Shown: piece after piece, positions 59,018 to 64,000 of the stretch | Numbering within the stretch: position 1 is the first letter of the stretch | Layout of the letters: each line of letters opens with the position of its first letter | Assembly: GCA_963762565.1 (NCBI GenBank) | Contig: CAVXLD010000001.1 | Location: 448,001 to 512,000, forward strand | Direction: 5' to 3' | From: an uncultured Verrucomicrobiae bacterium | Lineage (GTDB): Bacteria > Verrucomicrobiota > Verrucomicrobiia > Chthoniobacterales > JAFAMB01 | Length of the DNA stretch: 64,000 nucleotides | Notes under the pieces: model-generated | Told to the model about the DNA's origin: nothing | Databases searched by the model: none | The model's input: the letters and a program-made list of their open reading frames with translations, nothing else | Position numbers and translations under genes: made by a program

Positions 59018-59857
59018 TTACTGGTTCGCCGGGGCAAACATGTTTTTCGCCGCAGCCTGCATCAACATGTCGTCCTCTAACGCTTGTTGCTGCCACTGCT
59101 CTCTCTGCGCCTCTTGCACGCGGGCGGCGTCGTTCTGGTTAGCCGCGTGTTGCACCACTATCTTCTGAGAGTACATGTTTAGCCGCGCCGTCGCGTTGTT
59201 GATATTCGCTTCGACTGCTTGCAGCTGAGATTTCAGCTTTTCAGTCTCAATCAACGAGCTAGCTGAATTTAATTGCTGTAAAATCTGCTGTTTCTGTTGT
59301 AACAAGCCGGCTAAAGCTTGGTTCGCTTGAGTCATTTCAGTGTTAAACGATTGGTACATGTTCTGGACCATGGCGAACTTCGTGAAGTTGTTGGATTGAA
59401 ACTGAATAGGATTACCAAACTGATCTTTCAGCTGACTGAGGTCCTGGTATAAACCGTTCGCTGTATTTTTTAATGCCATGAACCCGTTAGCCGTTTGTTG
59501 AAACCCTGCAACGGAGGTCCCCACTCCATTCATTGTCCTCTGGATATCCGCCACGATCGTGTTGAGCGACAGCATGTTCACGTAAGTCGCCGGATTTCCT
59601 AACCGCTCGAGTGCTTGCACGTTCTGACTGATCATGGCTGTCAACTGGGCGATCTGTTGCGTCTGGTTCTCAATCATCTGCACGTACTTCGCCATGTCCT
59701 CAGCATGCTGCGCCGCTTGCACCACTCGATCGACTACCTGCTGAACCACGTTTTCAGCCGTATTGATCGCGTCATAGACGCTAATCATGGCGTGAGCTGA
59801 ATAGCTGCCCGATACAACGAAGATGACTACTAGCAAAGACTTCAGAACTGTTTTCAT
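59018..59857 (-). CDS. VirB5/TrbJ-like protein
   Basis: Signal peptide, V.D..N motif, Gln-rich coiled coil. Confidence 0.7.
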   Translation of the reverse strand: MKTVLKSLLVVIFVVSGSYSAHAMISVYDAINTAENVVQQVVDRVVQAAQHAEDMAKYVQMIENQTQQIAQLTAMISQNVQALERLGNPATYVNMLSLNTIVADIQRTMNGVGTSVAGFQQTANGFMALKNTANGLYQDLSQLKDQFGNPIQFQSNNFTKFAMVQNMYQSFNTEMTQANQALAGLLQQKQQILQQLNSASSLIETEKLKSQLQAVEANINNATARLNMYSQKIVVQHAANQNDAARVQEAQREQWQQQALEDDMLMQAAAKNMFAPANQ

Positions 59858-59858
59858 G

Positions 59859-60221
59859 TTATTCAATGATCGGAATCACGACATCTCGCTGCACTCGAAT
59901 TACCCCATCCGGATCTTGATGTTCCGGAATGGTCGCATTGTAATATTTCATTTCTCCCTCGTTTTCCGCTTTACTGGTTTGCTGACTTTTCTGTTGAGCC
60001 CAGTACGTCCGCTTAACTTGATCGGAAATGCCTTTTGCATAGCCCTTAGCAAAATCGATCGGCACCTTCCGCTCATCGTCGCCGGTCCCCATTAATGGGT
60101 CTCCCTGGTTAGTTAACGCTTCTGAGCCTCTCCCCTGCACAGTGAGTTGACCTTTGGGCACGGTCGGACCAACAGTACAACTTGCTAGAATCAGACTGAC
60201 TAACAAACCAAGGCGCTTCAT
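59859..60221 (-). CDS. Small lipoprotein of the T4SS operon
   Basis: Lipobox LASC; ATGA overlap with virB4-like gene. Confidence 0.72.
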   Translation of the reverse strand: MKRLGLLVSLILASCTVGPTVPKGQLTVQGRGSEALTNQGDPLMGTGDDERKVPIDFAKGYAKGISDQVKRTYWAQQKSQQTSKAENEGEMKYYNATIPEHQDPDGVIRVQRDVVIPIIE

Positions 60222-63067
60222 AAGATTGGTTCGGTTGCAGATTCCTCTTTGGCAGAAGCGATGGCTCCCGATTCTTCGATGATCCCGGTGACAATGTCGC
60301 GGTATTGGGAAAGGGCCGATTTCCGTTGATCGAACGTCTCGTTGTCGCTAGAGGCAGCATACAGCAGTTCCCGAGAAGCAACGTTTTTCACGGTACCGAC
60401 CAACCGGCGCATCCGGTCATTAGCAACATAGGTAAACGCGCTGAACCGCTCCCTTGGATCCATTAGCTCCGGTAAAGGATAGTTATTGATCGTCTCTATC
60501 GTTTTAGGAGAAAGGCTGAGTGCTTCCCCGATCTCTTTAACGTCTTCCCGGCTCTGTTGAGCCGTGATCAGAAACATCTTCGAGTTGCCGATCATGGCCC
60601 CCCTCACAGTTGAATCTTTGATGATGTCGTATTGCTGAACTACCGCCAAGATGTTGCAGCCGAATTTTCGCATCTGCCGGTAATATTCCTGGATCATCTT
60701 GGTGCCTCCCGGAATATCGAGCGTACGCGCGGCTTCTTCGAAAATGGCGATTTTCGGGGCCGACCTGGGCATAGAGATGATCTTCTGGCGGCCATAGTTA
60801 GCGACCAGAAAGTTGGCGGCGGCTTTCAGCTCAACCGCATGTTCCGGGATTTGGCCGAGCTCGAAATGAGCTACCCGGCCATCGATGCGGATATTGCTAA
60901 CTCCATCGAATAAACACCCTTTTTCTCCGTCTCGGCTCCAACCGCGCAGCAATTTCCCAACCCGGTCCGATTCCTCTTTCTCTCGCGAGCCGCCCCTGGG
61001 ATTGTAAAGCAATTGTTCCATCAAGGCGCTGTGGGTAGGAAACTGCGCAGATGAAAAACCGGCGAAGGCTAAATCGCGGACTAACCTTTCCGTCGCTCGG
61101 TTCTTAGCGAATTCCGCTACGGTCTCTTCGCTGAGGTCCTCGATAAACGAGTTGGCTTCATCCGGGTTCCGTTGTTGCCAATCTCGGAAGGCGGCAAAAG
61201 CGTCATCGAAACCGAGATGCGTCCCTTTCATGCGGGTGCGTAGATACTTGTCGATAGCGCAGGCTAACCAACGCAACTCTTCGGCCGTCCCTTCGTTGGC
61301 AACGCTCCAATCCGTGAACACATCGGTATAGAGCTGTTGCAGATTCTCCACGATCATGGCGTGGCGTAAGGCTCGCCTCTCTGCATCAAGGCCTTCGTTT
61401 CCACAAAATAGCAGGCAAAGTCCCGCGCTAAAGGCGAGGTGCATCGGCGATAATGGCGAGCCATGAGTGTCTAGATAGTTAATGGTTAGGCTCCCGTTCT
61501 GACTAATTACCACAGGCTCGCATCCCTGAGTCTGAGTCATGACGCCGTGGGAAAGACCTTCTTCCACAATGAGCCTGAACCCGAAGCGATGTCCTATCTG
61601 AGCAAGCAGATCACTCACAATCACCGACTTGCCTGCGCCGGTCATTCCGAACAGGACGCCGTGTTGAGGCGTATTTCCGATCCGCGTTCTGATCCCGACC
61701 AGATTTCCGCGAGCGCCGTTATAAATGGCTTCGGCATCTTTCAAATGGCCGGTAAAAGTTGCGGACCACGGAATCAGATCTGCTAAATAAGCGTCTTCTG
61801 CCGCCAGGTCGAACGCCCGGTAACGACCGTAGGTCCACCCTGGCCAGGTCTGATAAAAGAGCTGGCGAGCGTTCTCCGGAATAGTGGCATGATGAACGAT
61901 CGCGCCACCCATCGCAGTGAAAGCGTTCCGCAAAGAAGCGCACCTAGCGGATAATACATCCGCTGACCGGTGCCAGAGCCGCACGATATACAAGCAGCCC
62001 AATGGAATGATTTTGCCCTGTTGTAGTTCGGTAACCTTGTCTTGCTTGGCCTCCAGGTCTGTCGCTAACGATTGTTTACGCTCAGAGGCGGCATCGATTT
62101 GCAAACGCTGAATATGACGTTCTTCCTTGTCGATGACTTTATCGACGGCCTTAGGATAAATGTTCATCGTAATCGCGTATTCCTGAAACCCCATGCTAGT
62201 CAGAGCAGAGATAATTCCGGGGAACGTTCGACGAGGCCATTGCCGAACCGCGAAGATGGCGTGGTAAAATCCATCGAAACATAAGGACACACCCGGCAGG
62301 GTCGATACGCCAGCGCCATCGGTGTGGACACAATTCTGTTGAATCGATCCGCTAGGGTCGAACAACTCCATCGGGTCTGTGATCCCCGTTTGCAGGTTGG
62401 GGTTTAACAACCGGTAATAGAAAAGAAAGTGATCCTGATCCTGCATCGGAATGATCCGGCAATCAGAGAATAGTCGACTTAGCGCCCCCAAGGCGAAGTC
62501 TTGGAGGGAAAGCGCTTCCTTTCGGGAGAGCGCATTAAAATAGTCGGCCACGGCCGGCCCACGAGTCATGGGAACCTTGGTGTCGATAATCCTGGTGAAG
62601 AACAGATTGAGCCGTTCCCGCCGAAGACGACCCTCCTGCATTGCCGCCACATAACGTTCGTACCGCTCAGCTCGAACAAAAACCCCGAACCTGCCATGCA
62701 CCGGTTCTCGGCGGCGCAGTTCCAACGTCTCCTGGTGATATTGCTCGAGTTCCCGGCGGTAGTCGCTATCGATACTCCACTGAACTTGGAGATGGTATTC
62801 TTGCCCAAGCATTCCCAGCATGATGCGCAGCTTTTCATGCAGCGCGTTTAACTGGCGCACGCTAAACGCATTGATTTCACCCGGCTCGACACTGAATCCG
62901 CGAGAGATTGCGGTCTTACGGGAAGCACCGTCTCCGAACCAGATCAGGTTGTTGATAAAGAAGCCGTTGGGCATCCCGAGCCGAGACACGCGGCTGCTGC
63001 GTTTCCCTCTTCCACCGGAAGCGAAATCGACGATTCCAGTGCAGGCATTAATCATAGCGTCAATCAT
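60218..63067 (-). CDS. virB4: VirB4-like ATPase
   Basis: 949 aa; H...FGMTGAGKS, IFEEA, YRQMRK, VVQQ. Confidence 0.88.
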   Translation of the reverse strand: MIDAMINACTGIVDFASGGRGKRSSRVSRLGMPNGFFINNLIWFGDGASRKTAISRGFSVEPGEINAFSVRQLNALHEKLRIMLGMLGQEYHLQVQWSIDSDYRRELEQYHQETLELRRREPVHGRFGVFVRAERYERYVAAMQEGRLRRERLNLFFTRIIDTKVPMTRGPAVADYFNALSRKEALSLQDFALGALSRLFSDCRIIPMQDQDHFLFYYRLLNPNLQTGITDPMELFDPSGSIQQNCVHTDGAGVSTLPGVSLCFDGFYHAIFAVRQWPRRTFPGIISALTSMGFQEYAITMNIYPKAVDKVIDKEERHIQRLQIDAASERKQSLATDLEAKQDKVTELQQGKIIPLGCLYIVRLWHRSADVLSARCASLRNAFTAMGGAIVHHATIPENARQLFYQTWPGWTYGRYRAFDLAAEDAYLADLIPWSATFTGHLKDAEAIYNGARGNLVGIRTRIGNTPQHGVLFGMTGAGKSVIVSDLLAQIGHRFGFRLIVEEGLSHGVMTQTQGCEPVVISQNGSLTINYLDTHGSPLSPMHLAFSAGLCLLFCGNEGLDAERRALRHAMIVENLQQLYTDVFTDWSVANEGTAEELRWLACAIDKYLRTRMKGTHLGFDDAFAAFRDWQQRNPDEANSFIEDLSEETVAEFAKNRATERLVRDLAFAGFSSAQFPTHSALMEQLLYNPRGGSREKEESDRVGKLLRGWSRDGEKGCLFDGVSNIRIDGRVAHFELGQIPEHAVELKAAANFLVANYGRQKIISMPRSAPKIAIFEEAARTLDIPGGTKMIQEYYRQMRKFGCNILAVVQQYDIIKDSTVRGAMIGNSKMFLITAQQSREDVKEIGEALSLSPKTIETINNYPLPELMDPRERFSAFTYVANDRMRRLVGTVKNVASRELLYAASSDNETFDQRKSALSQYRDIVTGIIEESGAIASAKEESATEPIL

Positions 63068-63401
63068 GGGAGTGCCGAACTGGGTGCAACGGTTGACGTT
63101 TTGCGGCGTGAAACCACCGGCCGTTTGCTAGAGTGGTTAACAAGTCGAGGTCGTAACGGGGCGGCCGCCGGTGACGAAATAAGAGAAGGTAAGCGCCAAC
63201 CAGGAGAGTCGGTAAACCCGCCACCAGGAACTTAGCAGGGATGGGCAAAGGATTATTGGCGTGAAACAGCATGGTCAAGATGAAGACTGAGACCATGGCG
63301 GCAACGATCAGAGCCATTCCCAGATTACCTTCGAACCCGAAAGCATGACCTGTCGATTTGGCTCGGGGCCGGCTATCAGTGTAAATAAGTCCTTCTTCCA
63401 T
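63060..63401 (-). CDS. VirB3-like membrane protein
   Basis: Two TMs, immediately before virB4. Confidence 0.6.
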   Translation of the reverse strand: MEEGLIYTDSRPRAKSTGHAFGFEGNLGMALIVAAMVSVFILTMLFHANNPLPIPAKFLVAGLPTLLVGAYLLLFRHRRPPRYDLDLLTTLANGRWFHAAKRQPLHPVRHSHD

Positions 63402-63455
63402 AACCAGAAGTAGAGTGGTTAGGGTTCAGAATTGGGCGATCAGTGCTTTTATCAT

Positions 63456-63815
63456 TCAGAATTGACCGATGTACTGCGCGCTGTTGTTGGTCCCGGCGAA
63501 CAAGCCGAACATCGCTTTCATTAGAGCGACAGCGCCGGCCACGCCGACTCCATAAATCACGGTCATCTTCCAATTTTCGTCTCGCCGGGCGTTGAGAAAG
63601 CCACCGATAACCATGGTGCACCCAGCGATAAAACCAAACGCAGTAATCAGGTTTAATCCTTGAACTAAACTCGTGACGAACCCGCTGATAGAAGCTCCAC
63701 CGGAGGACGTTTGCGCCTGCGCTGGGCTAAGCAACAACGTTAACGACGTGCTCGCCAGCCATAGCCGTACCCACCAGCGGGCCCACGGAACACTCTTGAG
63801 GTAGCAGTATTTCAT
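63456..63815 (-). CDS. VirB2/TrbC-like pilin
   Basis: Signal peptide ending AQA and two hydrophobic helices; first gene of the operon. Confidence 0.62.
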   Translation of the reverse strand: MKYCYLKSVPWARWWVRLWLASTSLTLLLSPAQAQTSSGGASISGFVTSLVQGLNLITAFGFIAGCTMVIGGFLNARRDENWKMTVIYGVGVAGAVALMKAMFGLFAGTNNSAQYIGQF

Positions 63816-64000
63816 AACACGAGAATAATATGTTTCTAACGTCGACTACGCAACAAAATATTATGAAGTTTGTATAGTCACACACCGCCCTCTCGCGAAG
63901 GTTGAGTATCTTCCTCGGTGGGGTACGCTTACCGGGTGATATTTCCGGTTGACCCTATTCAAAATGCCCTGGCCGAAGACATCGGTTCCGGCGATCTGAC

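Noticed and set aside
63816..64000. Possible oriT upstream of the T4SS operon
   Set aside because: No recognisable nic motif or convincing inverted repeat, and no relaxase to relate it to
1..64000. rRNA, tRNA, integrase, RAYT transposase
   Set aside because: None recognised by eye; dedicated searches were not possible

Overview
About 57% GC (rough estimate by eye) bacterial chromosomal window, most likely Verrucomicrobiota (inferred from the murC-murB fusion, ftsA/ftsZ/LysM dcw layout and stand-alone nuoA). 1-19.9 kb: dcw cluster on the minus strand (mraZ-rsmH-ftsL-ftsI-murE-murF-mraY-murD-LysM-ftsW-murG-murC/B-[probable ddl remnant]-ftsQ-ftsA-ftsZ) with five MraZ-type boxes. 20-39.4 kb: housekeeping genes, an IS110-superfamily (IS1111-type) element inserted in a REP arm, and a membrane protein-B12 radical SAM-nitric oxide synthase operon. 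The non-coding right end of the IS contains two internal loops whose guide segments match both its genomic target (TTGGTRGGGCGAG) and its own circle junction (ATAGGAGATGC), i.e. a readable bridge/seek RNA. 39.4-64 kb: Rep_3-like initiator, type IV coupling protein, PilT-like ATPase, type IV prepilin, MglA GTPase, a citrate-synthase divergon and a VirB2/3/4/5/6/8/9/10-like T4SS operon ending in a single-ring Clp ATPase; no relaxase or integrase is visible. Most of the larger intergenic gaps hold nested, bracket-like inverted-repeat (REP/REPIN) cassettes from several families. No rRNA, tRNA or CRISPR array was recognised. All calls are by eye from motifs; no searches were run.
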